From positions 1,260,001 to 1,292,000 of the forward strand of contig NZ_CP011391.1 of assembly GCF_001564455.1 (NCBI RefSeq): a DNA stretch of 32,000 bases, in the 5' to 3' direction. A program made the translations under genes and the position numbers. The notes beneath the pieces were generated by a model that had not been told where the DNA came from, searched no databases, and saw only the letters and a program-made list of their open reading frames with translations. This document shows positions 1 through 7,445 of the stretch, one piece after another (within the stretch, counting starts at the first letter, position 1; each line of letters starts with the position of its first letter). The DNA comes from Faecalibaculum rodentium (GTDB taxonomy: Bacteria; Bacillota_I; Bacilli_A; Erysipelotrichales; Erysipelotrichaceae).

Positions 1-2027
1 TACGGGCTCAGAAGGAGAATGGATTTTTTCAGGACCTCCAGCAAGACTGCACTCGTATTGCGGGATTTATCCGTTTTGGATAATTCAATGTACCAGGAAC
101 AGAAGTCATTCCAGACGAAGTTCTGCAGTACGTTGCCGGCAATCGCAAATTCGTACTTGTCCATGTTTTTTTCCACTTCCGCCAGTGTGCGGTTGAATCG
201 GTCCATGATCCACTGATCAGAGGCAGACAGGCTCTCCGGGTCGATGCTGTAGACTTCCCCCGGCTCCAGCTGCATCAGTACATAACGGGAGGCATTCCAG
301 ACCTTGTTGATGAAGTTCCAGGCAGCATCCACCTTTGTCTCGTCGTAACGCAGATCCATTCCGGGTGCACTGTTGGTGGTGAGGAAGAACCGAAGGGCAT
401 CGGCTCCTTTCTCCGCTATGACATCCATGGGGTCTACACCGTTGCCCAGGGATTTGGACATTTTCCTGCCCTGCCTGTCACGGATCAGGCCATGGATCAG
501 GACATCCCTGAACGGACGGTTGTCAGTGCAGTATCTGGCCTGGAATGCCATTCTCGCAACCCAGAAGAAAATGATGTCATATCCGGTGACCAGTGTGTTC
601 GTTGGATAGTACCGTTCCAGGTCTGCCGTATCCTCCGGCCATCCGAAGGTGGAAAACGGCCAGAGAGCGCTGGAAAACCAAGTATCAAGCACATCTTCAT
701 CCTGTTTCCAGTCACTGCCTTCCGGGGCTTTGGTTCCCACATACAGCTCTCCGGTTGTTTCGCTGGTCCAGGCAGGGATGCGGTGGCCCCACCAGAGCTG
801 ACGGGAGATGCACCAGTCTTCAATGTTTTCCAGCCACTGCGTAAATGTGTGTTCAAACCGTTCGGGAACAAAACTGATTTTCTGGTCGGGAATCTGCTGG
901 TTCTTCAGGACTTCTTCTGCCAGGGGTTTCATCTTCACAAACCACTGTTTCGAAAGATACGGTTCAACAATGACGCCCGTGCGCTCGGAGTGACCAACCT
1001 GATGCAGATGCTCCTCAATGTGGTCCACAACGCCGGCCTTTTCAAAATCCTCAACCAGGGCTTTCCGGCATTCAAACCGGTCCATCCCGGTATATTTCCC
1101 GCACATCTCATTCATGGTTCCATCATCATTCATGCAAATGGGCATGGGAAGATCATACTTTTTCGCCAGGGCAAAGTCGTTGGGGTCATGCGCAGGGGTG
1201 CATTTCATGACCGCTGTCCCGAACTCCATGTCAATGTAGTCATCTGCCATGATCGGCAGCGCTTCTCCATTTGCCGGATTGATGGCGTGCAGACCCACTA
1301 TGTCTTTGTAGCGTTTGTCGTCGGGATGCACAAAGATGGCCTGGTCAGCGAACATGGTCTCCGGACGGGTCGTGGCAATGACCAGTTCCTGTCCGGTCTC
1401 CTGCACCTTGTACCGGAAGTAATACATGTGTCCCATGATTTCTTTGTGCTCCACTTCGATGTTGGACAATGCTGTTCTGGCTTCCGGATCCCAGTTGATG
1501 ATGCGCTCTCCCTGGTAGATCAGTCCATCGTTGTACAGATCCACAAACACTTTATTGACGGCCTCGGACAGACCATAATCCATCGTAAATCGCTCTCTGC
1601 TGTAATCGAGGGACAGTCCCAGTTTGGCCCATTGTTTGCGGATCGTGGCAGCGTATTCCTCTTTCCAGGCCCAGGCGCGGTCCAGAAACTTCTCCCTGCC
1701 GATGTCATACCGGGAAATGCCTTCTTCCTTCAGACGGGCATCCACTTTTGCCTGTGTCGCAATGCCCGCATGGTCCATCCCCGGCACCCAGCAGACATCG
1801 TATCCCTGCAGGCGCTTGTAGCGGCACAGAATATCCTGAAGCGTGGTATCCCAGGCATGGCCCAGATGCAGTTTGCCTGTGACATTGGGTGGCGGGATCA
1901 CCAGTGAATACGGCTTTTTGTTCGTGTCACCGGCGGTGAAATAGCCTTCCTCTTTCCAGTTGTCATAGCGGTCAGCTTCTGTGATGATGCTAGCGTATTT
2001 TGGCGCCAGCCGATGTTCAAGTCCCAT
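1..2027 (-). CDS. valS: valyl-tRNA synthetase, N-terminal ~675 codons (3' end lies beyond window start)
   Basis: ORF is open to the window edge, so it is absent from the track. My translation from ATG 2027 (AAGGAGG upstream) reads [95 protein letters not shown]... It has a class-I HIGH-type motif (LHLGHA) and KMSKS (encoded 450-464, [14 protein letters not shown]). A T-box leader lies upstream. Track ORF 492..1907(+) is its antisense shadow. Confidence 0.95.
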   Translation of the reverse strand, partial: MGLEHRLAPKYASIITEADRYDNWKEEGYFTAGDTNKKPYSLVIPPPNVTGKLHLGHAWDTTLQDILCRYKRLQGYDVCWVPGMDHAGIATQAKVDARLKEEGISRYDIGREKFLDRAWAWKEEYAATIRKQWAKLGLSLDYSRERFTMDYGLSEAVNKVFVDLYNDGLIYQGERIINWDPEARTALSNIEVEHKEIMGHMYYFRYKVQETGQELVIATTRPETMFADQAIFVHPDDKRYKDIVGLHAINPANGEALPIMADDYIDMEFGTAVMKCTPAHDPNDFALAKKYDLPMPICMNDDGTMNEMCGKYTGMDRFECRKALVEDFEKAGVVDHIEEHLHQVGHSERTGVIVEPYLSKQWFVKMKPLAEEVLKNQQIPDQKISFVPERFEHTFTQWLENIEDWCISRQLWWGHRIPAWTSETTGELYVGTKAPEGSDWKQDEDVLDTWFSSALWPFSTFGWPEDTADLERYYPTNTLVTGYDIIFFWVARMAFQARYCTDNRPFRDVLIHGLIRDRQGRKMSKSLGNGVDPMDVIAEKGADALRFFLTTNSAPGMDLRYDETKVDAAWNFINKVWNASRYVLMQLEPGEVYSIDPESLSASDQWIMDRFNRTLAEVEKNMDKYEFAIAGNVLQNFVWNDFCSWYIELSKTDKSRNTSAVLLEVLKKSILLLSP

Positions 2028-2041
2028 GTCGTTTCCTCCTT

Positions 2042-2295
2042 GTCGAATAAAAAAGCGTCCCGAAAAGGACGCATGATCACGTGGTACCACCCTTGTTTAC
2101 AGAACTGTCTGTAAAGTCCTGCCTCTGGCCATAACGCGGCAAACGGATCAGGCTACTGCCGAAACTGTCCGGCTTGTTCACCCGACCGGCTCCCGGACTA
2201 CCTTCCCGCCCCTGACCTGTCCCGTTTCCACCAGTACGGAACTCTCTGCAAGGTATGATGACGGTACTCCTTCCGTTCACAGCCGTTGAAAGATA
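2042..2295 (-). promoter_or_regulatory. T-box leader (tRNA-sensing riboswitch) of valS with terminator
   Basis: Minus strand: AGAGAG box (within 2237-2249). T-box sequence AACAAGGGTGGTACCACGTG (2097-2078) lies next to the terminator GCGTCC-TTTTCG-GGACGC + TTTTTTATT (2072-2047), just before the valS RBS. The candidate specifier loop GGGAAGGUAGUCC (2207-2195) contains GUA (Val), but the exact specifier register is ambiguous. Confidence 0.85.
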
Positions 2296-2344
2296 TGGCA
2301 ATGATAGCAGAAAGATGTTTCAAAAGCAATGCGGTACCCGGACA

Positions 2345-2914
2345 ATACCGGCGGGAGCTGCAAGGGGCTGTAGAGGCGCTGGAGTGAATCGAAGGTATGG
2401 ACAGTGATCCGGGTGAATTCCGATTTGGGACAGCAGACCGGTTCCAGTCTTGCTGTCCGGTACCGGCTGCAGTTTCTTTGCAGGAGGCACAGATCGACAG
2501 AATCTGATATTCTTTGTGCATGAAGAAAAAGAAAAAACCAGGACTCTTTCCCTTCTCTGCGGAATTCAGGAAACAGGGGTCCATTACGTACAACAGCCAG
2601 CCGGTGGATTTGTGGATTTCCAGAAAAACCGGAGAACTTGGGTTCTCCATCCGGGACAAGGCTGTACAGGATCCGGATCTGTATACAGATATTTTGTCAT
2701 ACCTGCAGTCTGCTAACCACGATTCCTGAACAGACCACAATAGTCCGAAATGACAGCCGGTCATATCCGTGGCGTTCTGTCCTCCGGGAGTATATGATGA
2801 CAATGCGAGCCGGGGAACTGGCCGCTGGTTCAGTCCCTTTCCATAAAAGGACACCCGGCTGGACTACAGGTCCGGCCAAGACCCAGCCAGTTCCATTTGG
2901 AGCTGGCCTTTTTT
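2345..2914 (+). ncRNA. candidate structured non-coding transcript or long 5' leader, class unknown
   Basis: About 570 bp with no credible ORF in any frame, only short fragments broken by stops. Possible promoter TTCAAA-17-ACAATA (about 2319-2347). Multiple hairpins: 2428-2458 (GGACAGCA/TGCTGTCC), 2631-2648 (GGAGAAC-ttgg-GTTCTCC), 2857-2877 (GGCTGGAC/GTCCGGCC). Tandem ~30-nt units at 2381-2439. Ends in a strong intrinsic terminator at 2886-2914. No signature of RNase P, tmRNA, SRP or a known riboswitch recognised. Confidence 0.3.
2886..2914 (+). terminator. rho-independent terminator immediately upstream of the cupin gene RBS
   Basis: 9-bp stem GCCAGTTCC / GGAGCTGGC (one G-U pair), loop ATTT, then C + TTTTTT (2909-2914). 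AAGGAGG RBS begins at 2916. Confidence 0.8.
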
Positions 2915-2930
2915 CAAGGAGGTATCAACA

Positions 2931-3245
2931 ATGTTTGTTTCACAGGAAGCCGGTTCAGTATTTCATCTCAAAGATCAGATCCAGTATGAAAAAGATAAGG
3001 CTGTCAAGCAGGTGTATATAGACCAGAACGGTGTCCGGATGCTGCTGGTTGCCATCGATCATTCCCTGCTTCCCGATCATCCCGCTCCTGCAGATGCTCT
3101 GGTCATGATTCTGGAAGGATCTGGCGAAATCACCTACAAGAACGCAGTCACAAAGGTAAAGGAACACGATTTCTTCAAATTCGACAAAGGTGTCATTCAC
3201 TCCGTCAAAGCTGACAAGCTGAAATTCGCACTTCTGTTTGCGTAA
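2931..3245 (+). CDS. cupin domain protein (104 aa)
   Basis: Track ORF. AAGGAGG 8 nt upstream of the ATG. Small beta-barrel-type sequence (...LLPDHPAPADALVMILEGSGEITYKNAVTKVKEHDFFKFDKGVIHSVKA...) typical of single-domain cupins. Terminator downstream. Confidence 0.8.
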   Translation: MFVSQEAGSVFHLKDQIQYEKDKAVKQVYIDQNGVRMLLVAIDHSLLPDHPAPADALVMILEGSGEITYKNAVTKVKEHDFFKFDKGVIHSVKADKLKFALLFA

Positions 3246-3275
3246 GGGGCTGCCAGATTTCTTCAAAGTATATAC

Positions 3276-3310
3276 GGTGTCTGTCTATATGGCAGGCACC
3301 TTTTTATTTT
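3276..3310 (+). terminator. rho-independent terminator after cupin gene
   Basis: GGTGTCTGTC-tatat-GGCAGGCACC (10 bp, two G-U pairs) followed by TTTTTATTTT. Confidence 0.75.
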
Positions 3311-3315
3311 GCTCT

Positions 3316-3385
3316 ATATATCGTTGACCGATGTATCGTTTGAGGATATACTCAAGATAAAGATATATCGCCAGATGATATATCG
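3316..3385 (+). promoter_or_regulatory. PadR-operon promoter (TTGACC-17-TATACT, 3324-3352) flanked by four AT(A/G)TATCG repeats
   Basis: -35 TTGACC at 3324-3329, 17-nt spacer, -10 TATACT at 3347-3352. 8-mers ATATATCG (3316), ATGTATCG (3331), ATATATCG (3363) and ATATATCG (3378) occur as two pairs, each with 15-bp spacing. Confidence 0.55.
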
Positions 3386-3395
3386 GAGGATGAGT

Positions 3396-3707
3396 ATGTA
3401 TGAAAATGACCTGCCATTGACTGAATCCATGTTCTATATCCTGCTGGCCCTCCATGAACCCAGACATGGATATGCCATTACGCAGGCGGTGGAACAAATG
3501 ACCTGCAGCCGGGTCAAACTGGGAGCCGGCACCTTGTATGGGGCCTTGAAAACGATGCAGAAAAAAGGATGGATCGAGCCTTGTGGTGAAGCGCCAGGTT
3601 CCAGGGGAAAAAAGGAATACCGGCTCACACGGGAAGGGTCTGAAGTATTCGAGGCCGAGACTGAACGGATGAAAGAAGCACTGAAAAATGCGGAAAGGGT
3701 ACTGTAA
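3396..3707 (+). CDS. PadR family transcriptional regulator
   Basis: Track ORF 3309..3707. I prefer ATG 3396 (GGAGGA at 3385-3390); ATG 3390 is an alternative. The sequence MYENDLPLTESMFYILLALHEPRHGYAITQAVEQMT...GAGTLYGALKTMQKKGWIE...KKEYRLTREG matches the PadR winged-helix pattern. Confidence 0.9.
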   Translation: MYENDLPLTESMFYILLALHEPRHGYAITQAVEQMTCSRVKLGAGTLYGALKTMQKKGWIEPCGEAPGSRGKKEYRLTREGSEVFEAETERMKEALKNAERVL

Positions 3708-4411
3708 TGAAGAAATTCAAACTGTGTTTTGACAAAAACAGAGAAATGGACTGGCTGAATGAAATGGCCCGACAGGGATGGAATCTGACAAAGTTCGGGT
3801 ATGGACTGTATACCTTCGAACCATGCACTCCAGGCGAATATGTCTATAACTGCGACCTGAAGGACAGGGCATTCAGCATTTCATCGGACTACCTGTCCAT
3901 TCTCGAATCCCAGAACATCCAGGTGATTCCCAGCGGCGGGTTCTGGTTTCTGGTCCGCCGAAAGGCCAGTGACGGCCCTCTGCAGCTGTACACTGACACC
4001 GAAAGCCGCCTGGAACAGTACAGAAAGATCCGCCGCATGTTCAGGGCCACTGCCATTGCTGAGCTCATGATTCTTATGTTTCTGACCTGGGATATCGCTG
4101 TCATGGTTCCCGACAATGAGCCTTTGATCTGGACCGTGATGTTTCTCTGTGCGCTCCTGGTTGGAGCTGCAGCCCTGACCCTCATGAATGCTGTGTATCA
4201 GACAAGTCGGGAAATCGCGAAAATACAGGGCAAAAACGAAGAATCACACAAATGCGGGCAGTGGCTTGTTGCTGGAGGTATGCTGTGCATGGGCCTGTCT
4301 ATCCTGCTGAGAGACTGTGTTCCTGAGACAGTCAGCGAAATGGTTGCGGGTTTTGCCCTTGGGCTGGAACTGGTTGGGGCACTCAATCTGGTTTTCAGAA
4401 AATTTTCCTGA
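3707..4411 (+). CDS. DUF2812-like membrane protein (usual PadR partner)
   Basis: Start overlaps the PadR stop (TAATG). The N-terminus MKKFKLCFDKNREMDWLNEMARQGWNLTKFGYGLYTFEPCTPGEYVY resembles DUF2812. The C-terminal half has hydrophobic TM segments. Confidence 0.75.
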   Translation: MKKFKLCFDKNREMDWLNEMARQGWNLTKFGYGLYTFEPCTPGEYVYNCDLKDRAFSISSDYLSILESQNIQVIPSGGFWFLVRRKASDGPLQLYTDTESRLEQYRKIRRMFRATAIAELMILMFLTWDIAVMVPDNEPLIWTVMFLCALLVGAAALTLMNAVYQTSREIAKIQGKNEESHKCGQWLVAGGMLCMGLSILLRDCVPETVSEMVAGFALGLELVGALNLVFRKFS

Positions 4412-4455
4412 TCCCCGATTACCTGACTGCACCGAAGTTCTGATCATTCCTGTAT

Positions 4456-4482
4456 GCCTCCCTGCGTGTGGAGGCTTTTGTT
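4456..4482 (+). terminator. rho-independent terminator after PadR/DUF2812 operon
   Basis: GCCTCC-ctgcgtgt-GGAGGC followed by TTTTGTT. Confidence 0.7.
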
Positions 4483-4560
4483 CTTCTCCCTGATTTTTCT
4501 GTCCTGTCATCGAATTCGTGAAAATCGTTCTCTTCCCTTCCTGCTGCGCTGCCGGAAAAG

Positions 4561-4587
4561 TTGAAAAAGCCGTCCCGAAGGACGGCT
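4561..4587 (-). terminator. rho-independent terminator after ptsI
   Basis: Minus strand AGCCGTCC-ttcg-GGACGGCT followed by TTTTTCAA, 30 nt after the ptsI stop. Confidence 0.8.
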
Positions 4588-4617
4588 TGATCTGCTTCAA
4601 TGAATTGAATCAATGTT

Positions 4618-6321
4618 TTACGCTTTTACTTCCGACTGTACATAGTCCAGGACTTCTGCTGCGGAATCCATGTTCAGGCACTTTTCTGCAAGTTTCTGCA
4701 TATCTGCATAAGACAGACCGGTGACAACTTTACGCGCCTTCAGAATCTGTGTGGCAGACATGGAGAACTCATCGAGACCCAGACCCAGCAGGATGGGCAC
4801 TGCATAGGGTTCGCCGGCCATAGCACCGCACATGCCGACCCATTTGCCGTTTTTGTGAGCGCCTTTGATCGTCATATTGACCAGACGCAGGATAGACGGG
4901 TTGTAGGGCTGGTACAGGTAGGATACGTTTTCGCTCATCCGGTCAGCAGCCATGGAGTACTGGATCAGGTCGTTGGTGCCAATGGAGAAGAAGTCGGCAT
5001 ACTTGGAGAACTCGTCTGCGAGTACAGCGGCGGCAGGAATCTCCACCATCATGCCCACCTGGATGTCATCGGCAACTGCCACACCTTCAGCCAGCAGCTC
5101 AGCCTTCACATCTTCAAAAATCCCCTTGGCCTGACGGAATTCGTCAATGGTGGCAATCATCGGGAACATGATGCACAGCTTGCCGTATACGGAAGCCCGG
5201 CACAGGGCGCGCAGCTGTGTGCGGAAAATATCCTGTTCCTTCAGGCACAGCCGGATGGCACGATAGCCCAGGAACGGGTTCATTTCTTCGGGGAAGGTAT
5301 AGTAGGACAGTTTCTTGTCACCGCCGATGTCCAGGGTACGGACAACTACCTTGCGTCCGCCCATTCCTTCCAGCACGGCTTTGTAGGCTTCAAACTGCTC
5401 TTCTTCTGTCGGGAAGTGATCGTTGTCCATATACAGGAATTCTGTACGGAACAAACCAACACCCTCACCGCCGTTTTTCAGGACGCCTTCCACGTCCTTG
5501 AAGCCGCCGATGTTGCCGGCGAGTTCGACTTCATGACCGTCTGTGGTAATGGATTTTGCGTTGACCATCATCTTCAGTGCTTCTTTTTCTTCCGCGAAAG
5601 CAGCAGATTTCTGATTCAGCATTTCAACGGTCACATCGTCCGGGTTCACATAGACAAATCCGTCAATGGCATCCAGGCCGATCACGTCTCCGGTCTTTAC
5701 GTTTTCCATGATGCCCTTCGTTCCCACGACTGCCGGGATCTCCAGCGAGTTGGCCATGATGGCAGAGTGGCTGGTCTTGCCGCCAATGGCTGTGGCGAAG
5801 CCCTTCACAAACTCATTGAGCTGTGCTGTGTCCGAAGGTGTCAGGTCATGCGCCACAATGATGGCCGGTTCGTCAATGGCTGTCAGATCGGGGATCTGCA
5901 GTCCCAGCAGGTTGCACTTCAGGCGGAAGGTAACATCCTTGATATCCGCCGCACGTTCACGGAAATAGTCGTTGTCCATGGCTTCGAACATCGCCACCAT
6001 CTGGTTGGCAACGGTATCCGCCGCATATTCGGCATTGACCTTGTCATTTTCAATCATAGCCTTGATCTGAGAAGCGAATTCGGGGTCTTCCGCCATCATC
6101 AGATGTGCATCAAATACAGCAAGTTCTTCATCGGACAGACGCTTGGCTGCGCGTTCCTTGACACCCTGGATGTCTTTGACGGTTTTTGCCAGTGCATCGT
6201 CGAATTTCTGCAGTTCGGCTGCGGGTTCGCCTTCTCTTTTTTCAATCACAACTTCAGGCTGTTCGAGCTTGTACGCCTTTGCAACATTCACGCCTGCACT
6301 TGCAGCGATTCCTTTGAGCAT
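4618..6321 (-). CDS. ptsI: phosphoenolpyruvate-protein phosphotransferase (PTS enzyme I)
   Basis: Track ORF 4618..6384. I prefer ATG 6321 (GGAGGAG RBS), giving MLKGIAASAGVNVAKAYKL... It has the phosphohistidine region GGKTSHSAIMANSLEIPAVVG and the C-terminal PEP-utilising domain (FFSIGTNDLIQY). Confidence 0.97.
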   Translation of the reverse strand: MLKGIAASAGVNVAKAYKLEQPEVVIEKREGEPAAELQKFDDALAKTVKDIQGVKERAAKRLSDEELAVFDAHLMMAEDPEFASQIKAMIENDKVNAEYAADTVANQMVAMFEAMDNDYFRERAADIKDVTFRLKCNLLGLQIPDLTAIDEPAIIVAHDLTPSDTAQLNEFVKGFATAIGGKTSHSAIMANSLEIPAVVGTKGIMENVKTGDVIGLDAIDGFVYVNPDDVTVEMLNQKSAAFAEEKEALKMMVNAKSITTDGHEVELAGNIGGFKDVEGVLKNGGEGVGLFRTEFLYMDNDHFPTEEEQFEAYKAVLEGMGGRKVVVRTLDIGGDKKLSYYTFPEEMNPFLGYRAIRLCLKEQDIFRTQLRALCRASVYGKLCIMFPMIATIDEFRQAKGIFEDVKAELLAEGVAVADDIQVGMMVEIPAAAVLADEFSKYADFFSIGTNDLIQYSMAADRMSENVSYLYQPYNPSILRLVNMTIKGAHKNGKWVGMCGAMAGEPYAVPILLGLGLDEFSMSATQILKARKVVTGLSYADMQKLAEKCLNMDSAAEVLDYVQSEVKA

Positions 6322-6374
6322 ATATTCTCCTCCTGTTCGCAAAAACGGATAATGTACCGCTTTCAATCCCCTAA

Positions 6375-6403
6375 ATTTTATCACTGATTCTTCCCCTGCT
6401 CAA
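6375..6403 (-). promoter_or_regulatory. candidate ptsI promoter (TTGAGC-17-TAAAAT with TG extension)
   Basis: Minus strand: TTGAGC (6403-6398), 17-nt spacer ending in TGA, TAAAAT (6380-6375). Sits about 55 nt upstream of the ATG. Confidence 0.5.
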
Positions 6404-6503
6404 TGTGCATTGGGATACAATCCCTCTGCGACGGCGGCTTTTGACTGCAAGCGCTTCCCTGTCACTGGCGGGTCCCGCCTGGCTGCATACTCCCTGAAAC
6501 GCA

Positions 6504-6541
6504 GAAAAAAGCTGCGTTGTCCACAGGACATTGCAGCTTTT
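6504..6541 (-). terminator. terminator after ECF S-component gene
   Basis: Minus strand AAAAGCTGC-(17 nt)-GCAGCTTTT followed by further T residues. An alternative small hairpin is ACGCAG/CTGCGT. Confidence 0.55.
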
Positions 6542-6557
6542 GCAGGAAACAGAACAG

Positions 6558-7184
6558 TCAGGCTCTGACAGCTTTGACAGACGGCACGCGAATGGCTTTG
6601 ACAAGAGCTGCCATCACCAGACCTGCCACCACCGTCTCGGGCAGGCTGTTGGTGAGCACTGTCATGCCGAACAGTCCCATCAGCAGGTCTCTGGCAGAGC
6701 CGAGAACGGCTGCGTAAGGCTCCCCGAAGAATACCCAGATCCCGCCAAGTACCAGGACAGTGTGCACCATCGTGGCTGTCATGGCAGCAAGCCCGGCGCC
6801 CAACGACTGGTTCATGCCTTTTTTCTGGAGGAGACTGTACAGAGCTCCGGGAATGTACCCTGTCAGGATACGCGGAACCAGCGCGATCAGAAGACTCGAC
6901 CAGTTACCGCTGATGCCGCCGATCGTCACAAACGGGGAAAAGACAAAGCTCGTGATGCCGGGTGCCATCGTTGCCTTGATCATGGAACAGAGGCCGAACA
7001 CCAGTCCCAGGGCCATGCCTTCCTTCACGCCAAGCAGAATGGATGCTGCAATGACAGGGACGTGCATGAGTGTGATGGCAAGGGGTCCGATCTGCAGAAA
7101 CCCGAAGGGAGTGCAGAACAGCATGATTTCGATGGCAAGAAACAGTGCAAACAGAGTCATTCGTTTTGTGTTTTGATTTTTCAT
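6558..7184 (-). CDS. ECF transporter S (substrate-capture) component, substrate unknown (PanT-like by eye)
   Basis: Track ORF 6558..7355. I prefer ATG 7184 (GGAGGAATC RBS), giving MKNQNTKRMTLFALFLAIEIMLFCTPFGFLQIGPLAITLMHVPVIAASILLG... About 6 hydrophobic helices, 208 aa, typical of ECF S components. Confidence 0.8.
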   Translation of the reverse strand: MKNQNTKRMTLFALFLAIEIMLFCTPFGFLQIGPLAITLMHVPVIAASILLGVKEGMALGLVFGLCSMIKATMAPGITSFVFSPFVTIGGISGNWSSLLIALVPRILTGYIPGALYSLLQKKGMNQSLGAGLAAMTATMVHTVLVLGGIWVFFGEPYAAVLGSARDLLMGLFGMTVLTNSLPETVVAGLVMAALVKAIRVPSVKAVRA

Positions 7185-7321
7185 GATTCCTCCTACTCTC
7201 GCTCCTGTGCGGATGCGATGTATCAAAATAAAAAACGCCGATACAGTGTATCTCCTGGCTGTCATGCGATCAGCCGGAACTGCATCCGCGATATTATAAA
7301 CCCGGACTTTACTGGCAGCAA
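7185..7321 (-). promoter_or_regulatory. promoter (TTGCTG-17-TATAAT) plus structured 5' leader containing a terminator-like hairpin
   Basis: Minus strand: -35 at 7321-7316 and -10 at 7298-7293. The leader has GCGGATGC (7289-7282), complementary to GCATCCGC (7216-7209). These enclose the hairpin GCC-agga-GATAC-act-GTATC-GGC (7259-7237) followed by GTTTTTTATTTT (7236-7225). Confidence 0.4.
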
Positions 7322-7445
7322 AGCAGTTTTTTGTGATCCTGACATCGGATGGCATCCTGTGAGCTCCCGAGCCGCTTCCACCCCCCTCCGTGGTCCAGAA
7401 AGACAGGCAGTCTTCCGGGGCTGAAGCAGGTCCCCCAACCTGATG

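Noticed and set aside
2198-2854. 218-aa minus-strand ORF in the valS-cupin intergenic region
   Set aside because: It overlaps the T-box leader and has no RBS. Its sequence is not protein-like (FFFFF run, Cys/Ser/Pro-rich). It was treated as non-coding.
2345-2914. Attempted assignment of the non-coding region to RNase P RNA, tmRNA, SRP RNA, or lysine / c-di-AMP / cobalamin / guanidine riboswitches
   Set aside because: Only fragmentary resemblances were found: AGAGGCGC; GGTGAATTCC; AGGTCCGG; GGGAAAGAGTCC on the minus strand. The defining elements are absent or in the wrong order: GAGGAAAGTCC plus ACAGAA-GGCTTA for RNase P; a tRNA-like TTCGA T-loop and CCA end for tmRNA; GGAAGCAGCC for SRP; GCCGAAG and ACTGTCA for lysine; the B12 box for cobalamin.
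3309-3395. Upstream in-frame extensions offered by the ORF track: PadR 3309, ptsI 6384, ECF-S 7355, GNAT 8135, SDR 13099, HAD 13240, rnr 17217, mrnC 21118, transposase 28627
   Set aside because: In each case an internal ATG or GTG has a proper Shine-Dalgarno sequence at 5-10 nt and gives the family-typical N-terminus. The extensions run through promoters, terminators or the upstream gene.
6353-6367. Possible CcpA cre site (TTGAAAGCGGTACAT on the minus strand) in the ptsI leader
   Set aside because: It matches the degenerate WTGNAANCGNWNNCW consensus except at the conserved C of the right half-site. The right arm is not symmetric with the left. A one-off near match to such a degenerate motif is not sufficient evidence.
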